DNA of 58,036 nucleotides from Oscillospiraceae bacterium (GTDB lineage Bacteria; Bacillota; Clostridia; Oscillospirales; Oscillospiraceae). The stretch spans positions 1 through 58,036 of the forward strand of contig JAZSCJ010000022.1 of NCBI GenBank assembly GCA_045602885.1. Reading direction: 5' to 3'. The notes under the pieces are model-generated. The model had not been told where the DNA came from. It worked only from the letters and a program-made list of their open reading frames with translations, and did not search any database. Shown here one piece after another: positions 17,272-26,675 of the stretch. Position 1 is the first letter of the stretch. Each line of letters begins with the position of its first letter. The translations under genes were made by a program, and so were the position numbers.

Positions 17272-18999
17272 ATGGAAGAAAAGCAAGTGAAAAAAAGCGG
17301 CGCCAAAGTAGCCCTTGCTGTGTGCGTCGGTTTGATTGCAGGTGTTTTGCTCGCCTATCTCGGCCTGTGCGGCTGGGCCAGCGGACACCTTTTGCCCAAT
17401 AGCCAGGCGGCCGGTATTTCGCTGGGCGGCCTCAGCCATGAAGCGGCAACCCAGCAAATGAAATGGGCGGCCCAGGCGTGGAACGGCAAAACGGTGGATC
17501 TGATCTTTGAAGACACAACCATTGCCTGCGAACTGGACAAGGCGGATGTGGCCTTTGACAGCCGGAAGGTCATCGATCAGCTGTCCGGCGGCCCGTTCCT
17601 TTTGCGTGGTGCGGCTTGGTTTCGGGCGCTGATGACCCATCAGCCGCCGCAGGCCACAAATGTGCTGGTGTTTGAAAATCGCCCCTACATAGATGCGCAG
17701 CTGGCCGATCTGAATGTGGCATTGACCCAACCGATGGTACAGCATGCCATTCAAATCGGCGAATCCGAGATTCAAATCATCCGCGGCCAGGACGGGCAGT
17801 CGCTGGAGGCCGCTGCGCTGGAGCAGCAGCTGCTGACTCAACTGGAAAAGGATCGCAATTGCGCCTCCTTTACGCCGCAACCGATTATCACACAACCGGA
17901 AGCAATCGATTTCCAGCAGTTGTATAACACAGTGTACGTCGAGCCGGTCGATGCCGTTCTGGGCACCGAAACCTTTGCGATCACGCCCAGCGTGACCGGT
18001 GTGTCCTTTGATATGGCCACCGCGCGCCTGCGGTTTGAAGCGGCCAAGCCCGGCGAATGTGCGGTCATTCCCTTGCAGTTTACCCAGCCGGAATTTACCA
18101 CCGAGATGCTGGAAGCACTCCTGTTTTCCGATGTGCTGGGCCAGGTCGATACCTATGTAAGCGGCGTCAACGCCCGGGTGGCCAATGTGCGTCTGGCCGG
18201 CCAGTTGTGCCACAATACCATTTTGATGCCCGGCGAGGAGTTCTCCTACTGGGATAAGGTAGCGCCCTGTTCTCGGGAGCAGGGATTCCAACCGGCGCCC
18301 TCTTATGTAAAGGGTGAAACGGTGGACTCGGTGGGCGGCGGTATGTGCCAGGTCTCCTCGTCCATTTACTACGCTGCCCTGCAGGGCAATCTGGAAATTG
18401 TGCAGCGCAGAAATCACACCTATGCGGTGGGCTACGTTCCGGACGGTGCCGATGCAACGGTGTTCAGCGGCGGCATCGACTTCCGATTCAAAAACAACAC
18501 GGCCTATCCCATCAAAATTGTGGTCAAGATGGAAAACCGTAGTCTGTCGGTGCAGATTTTGGGCACCAAGAGCGACGACACCTATGTCAAGATGCAGTTT
18601 GTCGAGCTGTCGCGCAACCCCCATGAAACCATTTATCAAATCGACGATACTGTCCCGGCAGGTACCACCCGGGAGAAGGTCAGCGGTTATACCGGGCGCA
18701 AGGTCGAGGCCTACCGCTGCATCTATGCCGGTGACGGCACTCTGCTGAGCAAAACGCTGGAAAGCGTGAGCAATTACCAGCGCCGTGACCGCATCATTCA
18801 AATCAATTCGGCGGATGCCATGGCCTATGGCATCGACCCTGCCACGGGAGAAAAATTGCCGGAAGTGCCGCCTGCGCCGCAACCTGAAGTGCCGCCCACG
18901 CCGCAGCCCGATCCCGGTGTGGAGCAGCCTGTCGTGCCGCAGCCCGAGCCAGGCGCTGAGCAACCTGTCGTGCCGGAGGATGTACCGGTCGCGGAATAA
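17272..18999 (+). CDS. VanW-family protein with N-terminal membrane anchor and Pro-rich C-terminus
   Basis: 575 aa. TM helix near the N-terminus and a VanW-like core (GGGMCQVSSSIYYAAL, YAVGYVPDGADATVF). Confidence 0.82.
   Translation: MEEKQVKKSGAKVALAVCVGLIAGVLLAYLGLCGWASGHLLPNSQAAGISLGGLSHEAATQQMKWAAQAWNGKTVDLIFEDTTIACELDKADVAFDSRKVIDQLSGGPFLLRGAAWFRALMTHQPPQATNVLVFENRPYIDAQLADLNVALTQPMVQHAIQIGESEIQIIRGQDGQSLEAAALEQQLLTQLEKDRNCASFTPQPIITQPEAIDFQQLYNTVYVEPVDAVLGTETFAITPSVTGVSFDMATARLRFEAAKPGECAVIPLQFTQPEFTTEMLEALLFSDVLGQVDTYVSGVNARVANVRLAGQLCHNTILMPGEEFSYWDKVAPCSREQGFQPAPSYVKGETVDSVGGGMCQVSSSIYYAALQGNLEIVQRRNHTYAVGYVPDGADATVFSGGIDFRFKNNTAYPIKIVVKMENRSLSVQILGTKSDDTYVKMQFVELSRNPHETIYQIDDTVPAGTTREKVSGYTGRKVEAYRCIYAGDGTLLSKTLESVSNYQRRDRIIQINSADAMAYGIDPATGEKLPEVPPAPQPEVPPTPQPDPGVEQPVVPQPEPGAEQPVVPEDVPVAE
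18859..18977 (+). repeat. Short in-frame tandem repeats encoding a Pro-rich linker (PEVPPxPQP x2, EQPVVP x2)
   Basis: Near-identical 24-27-nt units are visible in the 3-prime end of the VanW gene. Confidence 0.5.
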
Positions 19000-19026
19000 T
19001 CAGACCTTACAATGGAGGATTGTATC

Positions 19027-20547
19027 ATGATATTGCGTGTTTTATGGAAGGGCAGCGAGCATATCATCCATGCCGAGTTGGGTGAAACCATTCTTGCGGC
19101 ACTGCAGCGCGGTGGCATTACCGCCCCGGACGCCCCCTGTGGCGGAAATGGCAAGTGCAAGAAATGTCTGGTCAGTGTGGACGATTTGGGCGAGGTGCTG
19201 GCCTGCCAGACGATCGTGACCGGGGAGCATACCGTGACCATTCCGGAAGAGCATGTGGGCGCAGTCATTGCTACGGACGGCGTATCGGTGGACTTCCCCC
19301 TGTCCCCGGCCGACGGTCTGGGTGCCGCCGTTGACATCGGCAGCACGACGGTGGTGATCCACCTGTATGATCGCACCAACGGTGTTTTGCTTGGCACCTG
19401 CAGCGGTGTCAACCGCCAGCGTGCCTTTGGTGCCGATGTGATTTCGCGCATTCAGTATACCATCGACCGCCCGGACGGACTGGAGCATCTGACCACGGCC
19501 ATCCGTGACCAGCTGCGCGAAGGAATGCAGCAGCTTTGCACCCAGGCCGGGCGCAAGATGGAGGAGCTGACCTATGTGACGATCGCCGGCAACACCGTCA
19601 TGGAGCACCTCTACGCATCCCTTTCTCCGGCCAGCATTGCAGTGGCGCCCTTCACGCCGCTGTCCCTGTTCGGTGAGGATTACAAGGGCGCTGATTTCGG
19701 CCTGCCCGAAGGAGCCAGGGTCTATCTGGCCCCGGCGGAGGCCGGTTATGTGGGCGGCGACATTACGGCCGGCATTTTGGCCAGCGGTGTCTATCGTGCG
19801 CAAAAAACGGTGCTCTTTTTGGATGTGGGCACCAACGGCGAAATGGCGCTGGGCAGCGCGTCGGAGGGCTTTTTGTGCTGTGCCACGGCGGCCGGCCCTG
19901 CCTTTGAGGGTGCGGCCATCTCGCAGGGTATGTCGGCGCAGGACGGCGCCATCAGCCGCGTGGAGCTGGTGGACGGTGCGTTGCAGGTGAGCGTGCTGGG
20001 TGAAACCCAGGCCGAGGGTATCTGTGGCTCCGGTCTGGTGGACGCGCTGGCGGTCATGCTGCAGTTGGGTGCGGTGGATGAAACCGGCCGCCTGCTCTCT
20101 CCCGATGAGGCCCCTGAAGCGGCACGGCCCTACTTGGTGGAGGGTGAGGACGAGGTGGTTTCCTTCCGTCTGACCGACCAGGTGGCCGTCAACGAAAAGG
20201 ATGTGCGCCAGTTGCAGCTGGCCAAGGCGGCCATCGCCGCCGGAATCCAAACCCTGTTGGAGGAGTGTGGCAAGAGTGAGGACGATGTGGAAGCGCTCTA
20301 TCTGGCCGGTGGATTTGGCAACTACATCCGCCGGGAAAGCGCCGCTGCCATTGGACTGATCCCACCCTCCATGCTGGAGCGCATCGTTGGCGTGGGCAAC
20401 AGCGCCGGCCAGGGCGCCGTGGCGGTGCTCTTGTCCGAGCAGGCTCGCGGTGAGCTGGATCAGCTGCCGGAAAAATGCCGCTATGTGGAACTTTCCGGAC
20501 ATCAGGGCTTTTCTGACAACTACATTGAGTGCATGATGTTTGAATAA
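19027..20547 (+). CDS. 2Fe-2S ferredoxin domain fused to an ASKHA (DUF4445) domain; corrinoid reductive-activase-like protein
   Basis: N-terminal CGGNGKCKKC...C plant-type ferredoxin motif, then DIGSTTVV and LDVGTNGE ASKHA phosphate motifs. ATG at 19027 lies 7 nt after GGAGGA. Confidence 0.8.
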   Translation: MILRVLWKGSEHIIHAELGETILAALQRGGITAPDAPCGGNGKCKKCLVSVDDLGEVLACQTIVTGEHTVTIPEEHVGAVIATDGVSVDFPLSPADGLGAAVDIGSTTVVIHLYDRTNGVLLGTCSGVNRQRAFGADVISRIQYTIDRPDGLEHLTTAIRDQLREGMQQLCTQAGRKMEELTYVTIAGNTVMEHLYASLSPASIAVAPFTPLSLFGEDYKGADFGLPEGARVYLAPAEAGYVGGDITAGILASGVYRAQKTVLFLDVGTNGEMALGSASEGFLCCATAAGPAFEGAAISQGMSAQDGAISRVELVDGALQVSVLGETQAEGICGSGLVDALAVMLQLGAVDETGRLLSPDEAPEAARPYLVEGEDEVVSFRLTDQVAVNEKDVRQLQLAKAAIAAGIQTLLEECGKSEDDVEALYLAGGFGNYIRRESAAAIGLIPPSMLERIVGVGNSAGQGAVAVLLSEQARGELDQLPEKCRYVELSGHQGFSDNYIECMMFE

Positions 20548-20586
20548 AAAACGCGGCCCCGTCAAAGACGGGGCCGCGTTTTTTAT
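20545..20586. terminator. Bidirectional terminator
   Basis: aaaaaACGCGGCCCCgtcaaagaCGGGGCCGCGTttttt, between convergent genes. Confidence 0.8.
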
Positions 20587-20593
20587 TTGCGTG

Positions 20594-20743
20594 TCAGCAG
20601 CCGTTGCCGCAGCCGCAGTGATTGCCGCAGCCGCCCCAGTTGCCGTTATCAAAGCCGTTGCCGTTGCCACAGCAGCAGAACAGGACAATGAGGATGAGCA
20701 CGATCCACAGGCAGCCGCCACCCCAACCATTGTTGCATCCCAT
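20594..20743 (-). CDS. Unlisted 49-aa Cys/Gly/Asn-rich single-TM peptide (YjcZ-like tiny membrane protein?)
   Basis: GGAGGTacttcaat then ATG. It translates to MGCNNGWGGGCLWIVLILIVLFCCCGNGNGFDNGNWGGCGNHCGCGNGC* and ends at the bidirectional terminator. It is too short to appear in the ORF track. Confidence 0.55.
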   Translation of the reverse strand: MGCNNGWGGGCLWIVLILIVLFCCCGNGNGFDNGNWGGCGNHCGCGNGC

Positions 20744-20829
20744 ATTGAAGTACCTCCTACTCAAGATGGAGATCCCTTTCCGGCGATCTCATTGTCATCT
20801 TATGCGTAAGAGCAAAAAGGGTGCGGTGA

Positions 20830-21924
20830 TCAGGAGGGGAGCAGCGCGGAAAAGCGCTGGAGCATGGTGGCCACCTCGGCACGGGTGGCCGTGCCACCGG
20901 GGGCGAGCATGCCGTTTCTGCCGTTGATGATGCCTGTGTCCACGGCCCAACTGACCGCCGGCTTGGCCCAATCGGCAATGGTGTTTTGATCGGGGAAGGC
21001 CGACAGATCTCCGCTGGGGGAGAGGGGCGTGCCCAAATAATCCTGAGCGTAGCGGTACAACATAACGGCCATCTGCTCCCGGGTGACGTTGGCGTTGGGG
21101 GCAAACAAATTGTTGGCCTGGTTTACGCCATTGACAATGCCGACGCCTGCAGCCCAGTTGACCGCCCCTTCGTACCAGCTGTTGTCCTCCACGTCCAGAA
21201 AACGACATTCACCCTCCACCGGCTCAACACCGGCCAGTCGGCTGAGCACCGTGACCAGCATGGCGCGGTTCATATTGGTGTTGGGGCTGAATTGCGTTTG
21301 GCTGGTGCCCTGGAACAGTCCCTGTTCGTATGCAAATTTCACATAAGAGTAATGCCAGTCCTCCACGGCAACGTCGGTAAAGGGCAGCGTGGATTTCTCG
21401 GCCTCCGTCAGCGTGTACACGCCCTGCACCGATATATTGACCGTGCCGGACAGGACGGTCAGCGTGCACTGGGAGTTTCCGGCCACAATATAGCGGTGCC
21501 CGTCCACCAAAGCGGCTTTTGGGGACTTGGGTGCCCCATCCGTGACATCCAGCACCGTGCCGGTCGTGGACAGCGTGTGCGCGCCGGACTCAAACAGCAG
21601 GTCAGAACCGGCCGACACGGTCAGACGATCGCCCTGGGCGAGGGTCAGACGCTCAAATGGACTGGAGTTGTCCGACGGGCCGATCTGTGACAAATAGCTC
21701 CCGGTCAGCTTGGCCAGCTGATCCAAAGCGTCCTGCTCGGTCTTGGCGGCGGCATCGTCCACGCGCTTGAGCGCGTTCTGCTCCACTTGGGGCAGATAGG
21801 TTCCGGTCAAATAACTCAGCGTGACAAAGGGGTCCTCTGGGGCGCCGGGGGCGGCAAAGGCGGCGCTCAAGCCGGTGATCAAACAAGCAACCAGCACAGC
21901 CGCGCAAATGAGTTTCTTTCCCAT
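20830..21924 (-). CDS. Secreted SLH-domain cell-wall-anchored protein
   Basis: Signal peptide MGKKLICAAVLVACLITGLSAAFA. Three C-terminal SLH repeats (FTDV..W, FLDV..W, FPD...W motifs). Confidence 0.85.
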   Translation of the reverse strand: MGKKLICAAVLVACLITGLSAAFAAPGAPEDPFVTLSYLTGTYLPQVEQNALKRVDDAAAKTEQDALDQLAKLTGSYLSQIGPSDNSSPFERLTLAQGDRLTVSAGSDLLFESGAHTLSTTGTVLDVTDGAPKSPKAALVDGHRYIVAGNSQCTLTVLSGTVNISVQGVYTLTEAEKSTLPFTDVAVEDWHYSYVKFAYEQGLFQGTSQTQFSPNTNMNRAMLVTVLSRLAGVEPVEGECRFLDVEDNSWYEGAVNWAAGVGIVNGVNQANNLFAPNANVTREQMAVMLYRYAQDYLGTPLSPSGDLSAFPDQNTIADWAKPAVSWAVDTGIINGRNGMLAPGGTATRAEVATMLQRFSALLPS

Positions 21925-21927
21925 GGC

Positions 21928-22557
21928 TTACTCCTCGGAAATCATGTAGCTCAAGGCCAGCAAACTGTCAGCAAAATGAACGTCTTCCACCGTGACCGAC
22001 GGATCGGAAATCGGCAGCTCGGTGTTGGTCAGATTCCAGATCCCACGCACACCCAGCTCGACCAGATGCTTGGCCGACTCGGCGGCCACCGACTGGGGTA
22101 CCGTCAAAACGCCCACATGAATGGGGTGCTGGGCAGCAAAGTCGGAAAGCTGGTCGGCGTGCAGGATGGGAACACCGGCGATCTCGGTGCCCACCACATG
22201 GGGATTAATATCAAAGGCGGCCACCAGATCAAACCCATTGAGGGAAAACTGAAAATTCTCGATCAGAGCCCGGCCCAGATTGCCTACGCCCAGAATCACA
22301 GCGGCGTATCCGTTGTCCATGCCCAAAATCGAGGAAATTTCGCTGCGCAGATTGGCCACGTTGTACCCATAACCCTGCTGGCCAAATCCGCCGAAGCAGG
22401 AAAGATCCTGCCGGATCTGCGAAGCGGTCAACCCCATGGACTCGCCCAGGGCATAGGAGGAAATGCGCTCCACCCCATGCTGTGCCAAATCGGTCAAATG
22501 GCGGTAATACCGGGGCAATCGCCGAATCACGGCGGAAGAGATGCGGTTTTTCTTCAT
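21928..22557 (-). CDS. rex: Redox-sensing transcriptional repressor Rex
   Basis: 209 aa. RRLPRYYRHL winged-helix N-terminus and a GVGNLGRAL Rossmann motif. Confidence 0.92.
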   Translation of the reverse strand: MKKNRISSAVIRRLPRYYRHLTDLAQHGVERISSYALGESMGLTASQIRQDLSCFGGFGQQGYGYNVANLRSEISSILGMDNGYAAVILGVGNLGRALIENFQFSLNGFDLVAAFDINPHVVGTEIAGVPILHADQLSDFAAQHPIHVGVLTVPQSVAAESAKHLVELGVRGIWNLTNTELPISDPSVTVEDVHFADSLLALSYMISEE

Positions 22558-22770
22558 GCAACGATCAAACCTTATTTATAAATCTCGACGAATCGTGTCG
22601 GAGGACGTGCTGAATATAGTGTACTGTATGGCGCAGGACTTGTCAAACTTTTTAACAAACTCGGGAAATTTTGGCATACTGTGGTTTGCTGGAAATATCT
22701 TGCGCTAAGGATTCCGGATTTGCTTATCCGCCGTCGGATATGATACAATATAACTTACGAGGTGATCGTT

Positions 22771-23448
22771 ATGTTTCAAGGTTTTTCCGATGCCACCATC
22801 GATTTTATGTGGGGCATCCGCTTTCATAATGAACGCGACTGGTTCAATCAGCACAAGCAGGAGTACCTGCAGCACTTTTATGAGCCCATGAAAGAGCTCA
22901 ACGCCGAGCTGTATCAGCGCATGTGCCAGGCCTTTCCCACGCAGAGCTTTCGCAGCAAGGTGTCACGCATTTACCGGGATGCCCGGCGGCTGCATGGCCG
23001 TGGCCCTTACCGGGACTGCCTTTGGCTGATGCTGCAGGCTCCGGCGCAAAACTGGGACGATACGCCGGCCTTTTGGTTTGAGTTGACCCCCGATGGCTGG
23101 AGCTACGGCATGGGTATGGGCTGCGGCCCGTCCATCCTGTCGGCCAAGCTGCGCGCGCGTATGGATGCCGACCCCAAACCCATGGAGCAGTTGACCCTGC
23201 GTCTGAACGGGCAAAGTGAATTTGTGCTGGACGGCCCGGAGTACGCCCGAAAAAAGACGCCGTCTGTGCCCATTCTGGCACCGTGGTACAACAAAAAACA
23301 CTTCGCGCTGCTCCATCAGCAGCCCAACGGCATCGAGCTGTACGACCGCGCTTTGGTGGATCGCATTTTTGAGGGCTGGCGCTTTCTGATGCCCTTTTAT
23401 CAGTACCTGTCCACGCTGCCCGGTGACCCCGATCCCCGGACGTGCTGA
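22771..23448 (+). CDS. DUF2461-family protein
   Basis: MFQGFSDATIDFMWGIRFHNERDWFNQHKQEY is the typical family N-terminus. ATG at 22771 lies 6 nt after GGTGA. Confidence 0.78.
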   Translation: MFQGFSDATIDFMWGIRFHNERDWFNQHKQEYLQHFYEPMKELNAELYQRMCQAFPTQSFRSKVSRIYRDARRLHGRGPYRDCLWLMLQAPAQNWDDTPAFWFELTPDGWSYGMGMGCGPSILSAKLRARMDADPKPMEQLTLRLNGQSEFVLDGPEYARKKTPSVPILAPWYNKKHFALLHQQPNGIELYDRALVDRIFEGWRFLMPFYQYLSTLPGDPDPRTC

Positions 23449-23520
23449 CAGAATTTGCATCGCAAAAATGCACTGCTGTGACACATACTGTCCTTGATCA
23501 CAAGGAAAGGTGGCGGTCGC

Positions 23521-24252
23521 ATGAAGGCAAACCTGGGCGGCGGCATAGGGTGGAAAGCGGCGGCGGTGGGTTGCTTGGCGCTGCTGGCCGCGTGCCTTCC
23601 CCAGCGGCAGCCGGCCCTTCCTGTCGATGCGCCCGCACAGCTGCAAACGCCGCCTCTGATCGCGCTGACCTTTGATGACGGGCCGCGCCGTGTCACAACG
23701 CAGCAGCTTCTGGACGGTCTGGAGCAGCGCGGCGTACCGGCCACCTTCTTTTTGATCGGAGAACAGATCATCGGCAACGAAGACCTCATTCGCCGCATGG
23801 ATGCCCAGGGCCATCAAATCGGCATCCATACCTATGACCACGTGACCCTGACCGGGTTGAACCAAACCGATTTTGACGCGCAGGTGGAGAAAACCCGCCA
23901 GATGCTGAAAAACGTGTTGGGCCACAACGATTTTCTGCTGCGCCCACCTTATGGGCTGTACGATGCCGGCACACAAGCCATGGCAAAGTGCCCCATCATT
24001 CTCTGGTCGATCGACCCGGAAGACTGGGGCGATAAAAACGCACAGCGGGAAGCGGAGCATATCCTGTCCCGGGCGCAGGACGGTGCCATCGTGCTCATGC
24101 ACGATATCTATCCCCAAAGTGTCGAGGCCGCCCTGACTGTCGTAGACCGCCTGCATGAGCAGGGCTATCTGTTTGTAACGGTGGACCAGTTGTTTGCCGC
24201 CCGGGGCATTGCGCTTGAACCCGGGCAGGTCTACCGCAATGCCCCACCATAA
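23521..24252 (+). CDS. Polysaccharide deacetylase (NodB homology domain), membrane/lipid anchored
   Basis: LTFDDGP, HTYDH and LMHD motifs. Hydrophobic N-terminus with a Cys. RBS GGAAAGGTGG. Confidence 0.85.
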   Translation: MKANLGGGIGWKAAAVGCLALLAACLPQRQPALPVDAPAQLQTPPLIALTFDDGPRRVTTQQLLDGLEQRGVPATFFLIGEQIIGNEDLIRRMDAQGHQIGIHTYDHVTLTGLNQTDFDAQVEKTRQMLKNVLGHNDFLLRPPYGLYDAGTQAMAKCPIILWSIDPEDWGDKNAQREAEHILSRAQDGAIVLMHDIYPQSVEAALTVVDRLHEQGYLFVTVDQLFAARGIALEPGQVYRNAPP

Positions 24253-24271
24253 TCAAGGGAGGAAATACGAT

Positions 24272-25402
24272 ATGATCTACAAATCATTTCAAGACAAAAA
24301 ACTCTCTGCCCTGGGTCTGGGCACCATGCGCCTGCCCGTGCAGGACAACGACGTGGGCAAGATCGACGAGGCGCAGGCGGCGCAGATGCTGCGCCTTGCT
24401 ATGGAGAAGGGCATCAACTACTATGATACCGCTTGGATGTATCATAACGGCAACTCGGAGCTTGTGATGGGCAAGCTGCTGAAACAGTACCCCCGTGACA
24501 GCTTTTATCTGGCCAGCAAATTCCCCGGTTTTACCCAACAGGCTATCGACGATCCCGGCAAAGTATTCGAGCGTCAGCTGGAGAAATGTCAGGTAGAGTA
24601 TTTTGACTTCTACCTGTTCCACAATTTGAACGAGGAGAATTTACATTGGTATACCGACGCAAAATACGGTCTGATGGACTACCTGCTGCAGCAAAAGCGC
24701 AGCGGCCGCATCCGGCATCTGGGCGTGTCAGTGCACAGTACATATGAAACGCTGCAAACCTTCTTGCAGATCCATGGCCGGCACATTGAATTCTGCCAGT
24801 TGCAGCTTAACTGGCTGGACTGGACTTTCCAGGACGCCAAAGCTAAGGTAGAGCTGCTGCGTGAGTACCACATTCCCGTGTGGGTGATGGAGCCCCTTCG
24901 GGGCGGAAAACTGGTCAATTTGGCCGCCGGGGACGAGCGGACGCTGCGTGCCCTGTGCCCCGACTGGAGCCCGGTGGACTGGGGCTTCCGCTTCCTGCAG
25001 ACCATTCCCGAGGTGACGGTCACCCTGTCCGGCATGTCAAACTTGCAGCAGTTGCAGGACAACATCGCCATCTTTGAGCGTGAGCAGCCCCTGCAGGATG
25101 CGCAGTGGGATGCGCTGCAGAACATTTCGGCCCAACTGCAAACGACCAAGACTGTGCCCTGCACCGCTTGCCGCTACTGCACTGCCCATTGCCCTCAGCA
25201 GTTGGACATTCCTATGCTGCTGGACAATTATAACGATTATAATGTCAGTGGTGGCGGCGCAATGCCCTGGGATCTGCAGGATTTGCCTGAGGATAAGCTT
25301 CCTGCGGCCTGCATCGGCTGCCGCGCCTGTGAAGCAAGCTGCCCCCAGCAGATCAAAATCTCTCAAGTTATGGCTGATTTTGCCCATAAGCTGAAAGGTT
25401 GA
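24272..25402 (+). CDS. Aldo/keto reductase with C-terminal 4Fe-4S cluster-binding domain
   Basis: LGLGTMRLP AKR N-terminus. C-terminal CTACRYCTAHCP and CIGCRACEASCP motifs. ATG at 24272 after GGGAGG. Confidence 0.85.
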   Translation: MIYKSFQDKKLSALGLGTMRLPVQDNDVGKIDEAQAAQMLRLAMEKGINYYDTAWMYHNGNSELVMGKLLKQYPRDSFYLASKFPGFTQQAIDDPGKVFERQLEKCQVEYFDFYLFHNLNEENLHWYTDAKYGLMDYLLQQKRSGRIRHLGVSVHSTYETLQTFLQIHGRHIEFCQLQLNWLDWTFQDAKAKVELLREYHIPVWVMEPLRGGKLVNLAAGDERTLRALCPDWSPVDWGFRFLQTIPEVTVTLSGMSNLQQLQDNIAIFEREQPLQDAQWDALQNISAQLQTTKTVPCTACRYCTAHCPQQLDIPMLLDNYNDYNVSGGGAMPWDLQDLPEDKLPAACIGCRACEASCPQQIKISQVMADFAHKLKG

Positions 25403-25407
25403 TTGGC

Positions 25408-26586
25408 ATGAATTATCGCTGCGATAAATACGGAAACAAACTGTCTATTCTGGGCTTTGGCTGTATGCGCTTTCCCCAGACCTTAGGCAAGATCCGCATG
25501 GAGGAGACCGAACGGCAAATTCTCGCGGCCTTCCATGGCGGTGTCAATTATTACGATACCGCTTATGTCTACCCCGGCAGCGAAGCGGTGCTGGGTGAAA
25601 TTCTGGCCAAACACGGCCTTCGGGAGCAGGTTTACATCGCCACCAAGCTGCCGCATTACCTGATCCGCAGCATGGAGGGCATGGAAAAGCTGTTTCAGGA
25701 GCAGCTCAAGCGGCTCAAAACCACCTATGTGGACTACTATCTGATGCATATGCTCAGCGATGTGGATACCTGGCAGCGGCTGAAGGATCTGGGCGTGGAA
25801 CAATGGCTGCAGGAAAAGCAGGCCTGCGGCGCCATCCGACAGGTGGGTTTTTCCTACCATGGTAGTTCGGATATGTTCTGCAAGCTGGTGGATGCCTATG
25901 ACTGGGACTTCTGCCAGATCCAGTACAACTACATGGACGTACACTCCCAGGCCGGCCGCGCCGGACTGCGCTACGCCCACCAAAAGGGTCTTCCCGTGGT
26001 CATCATGGAGCCCCTTCGGGGCGGCAAACTGGTTCACCGTTTGCCCGAAGAGGCCCGGCGCATCTTTGCCGCGTATCCCGTCAAGCATACCCCCGCCCAA
26101 TGGGCCTTCCGCTGGCTGTGGGATCAAAGCGAGGTGACCTGCGTTTTGTCCGGCATGAACTCGGACGAAATGGTGCAGGACAATATGCAAACGGCCAGCA
26201 CCGTGCAGGTGGGCGAGCTGGGCGCGGCCGAGCAGGAGATGCTGGGTCGGGTGGTGGCGGCCATCAATGCCAAAATGAAGGTGGGCTGCACCGGTTGCGG
26301 ATACTGTATGCCCTGCCCCAGTCATGTGGATATACCGGGTGCCTTTGCCGCCTATAACCGCCGCTACAGCGAGGGGAAGTTCTGGTCGCTGGTGGATTAC
26401 ACCATGTGTACCGCCCTGCGCAAAACGCCCACGGCGGCCTCCAACTGCATCGGCTGCGGCAAGTGTGAGCAGCACTGCCCGCAGGGCATCGACATCCGTG
26501 CCCAGCTCAAACAGGTGCAAAAGGAGTTGGAAGGGCCGCTGTACAAAGCAGCACGGAAGATCAACCAGTGGTTAAAAGCCTTTTAG
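25408..26586 (+). CDS. Aldo/keto reductase with C-terminal 4Fe-4S cluster-binding domain (paralog)
   Basis: LGFGCMRFP N-terminus. CTGCGYCMPCP and CIGCGKCEQHCP motifs. Confidence 0.85.
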   Translation: MNYRCDKYGNKLSILGFGCMRFPQTLGKIRMEETERQILAAFHGGVNYYDTAYVYPGSEAVLGEILAKHGLREQVYIATKLPHYLIRSMEGMEKLFQEQLKRLKTTYVDYYLMHMLSDVDTWQRLKDLGVEQWLQEKQACGAIRQVGFSYHGSSDMFCKLVDAYDWDFCQIQYNYMDVHSQAGRAGLRYAHQKGLPVVIMEPLRGGKLVHRLPEEARRIFAAYPVKHTPAQWAFRWLWDQSEVTCVLSGMNSDEMVQDNMQTASTVQVGELGAAEQEMLGRVVAAINAKMKVGCTGCGYCMPCPSHVDIPGAFAAYNRRYSEGKFWSLVDYTMCTALRKTPTAASNCIGCGKCEQHCPQGIDIRAQLKQVQKELEGPLYKAARKINQWLKAF

Positions 26587-26631
26587 TAGCAAACCCAAAG
26601 CAAACCAAGCGATCCATTTGTAAGATCGCAA

Positions 26632-26675
26632 ACAATAAGCCCGGCGCCGCGTATGCGGCGCCGGGCTTATTGTTT
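26632..26675. terminator. Bidirectional terminator
   Basis: aataaGCCCGGCGCCGCgtatGCGGCGCCGGGCttattgttt, between convergent genes. Confidence 0.8.

Noticed and set aside
17215-18963. 582-aa minus-strand ORF opposite the VanW gene. Similar long ORFs occur at 19042-20730(-), 15538-17082(+), 8045-9304(+), 22963-24156(-), 25483-26520(-), 35047-36435(+), 47545-49011(+), 53543-55222(-) and 54783-56252(-).
   Set aside because: Each lies antisense to a gene with clear family motifs, an RBS and a terminator. Their translations are low-complexity (Gly/Arg/His/Ala/Gln-rich) with no motifs. These are typical shadow ORFs of GC-rich DNA.
22640-22658. Rex operator upstream of rex (TTGTCAAactttTTAACAA).
   Set aside because: The half-sites look right, but the spacing is 5 nt rather than the 4 nt of the TTGTTAA-N4-TTAACAA consensus as I remember it. 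This is too uncertain to call as a feature.
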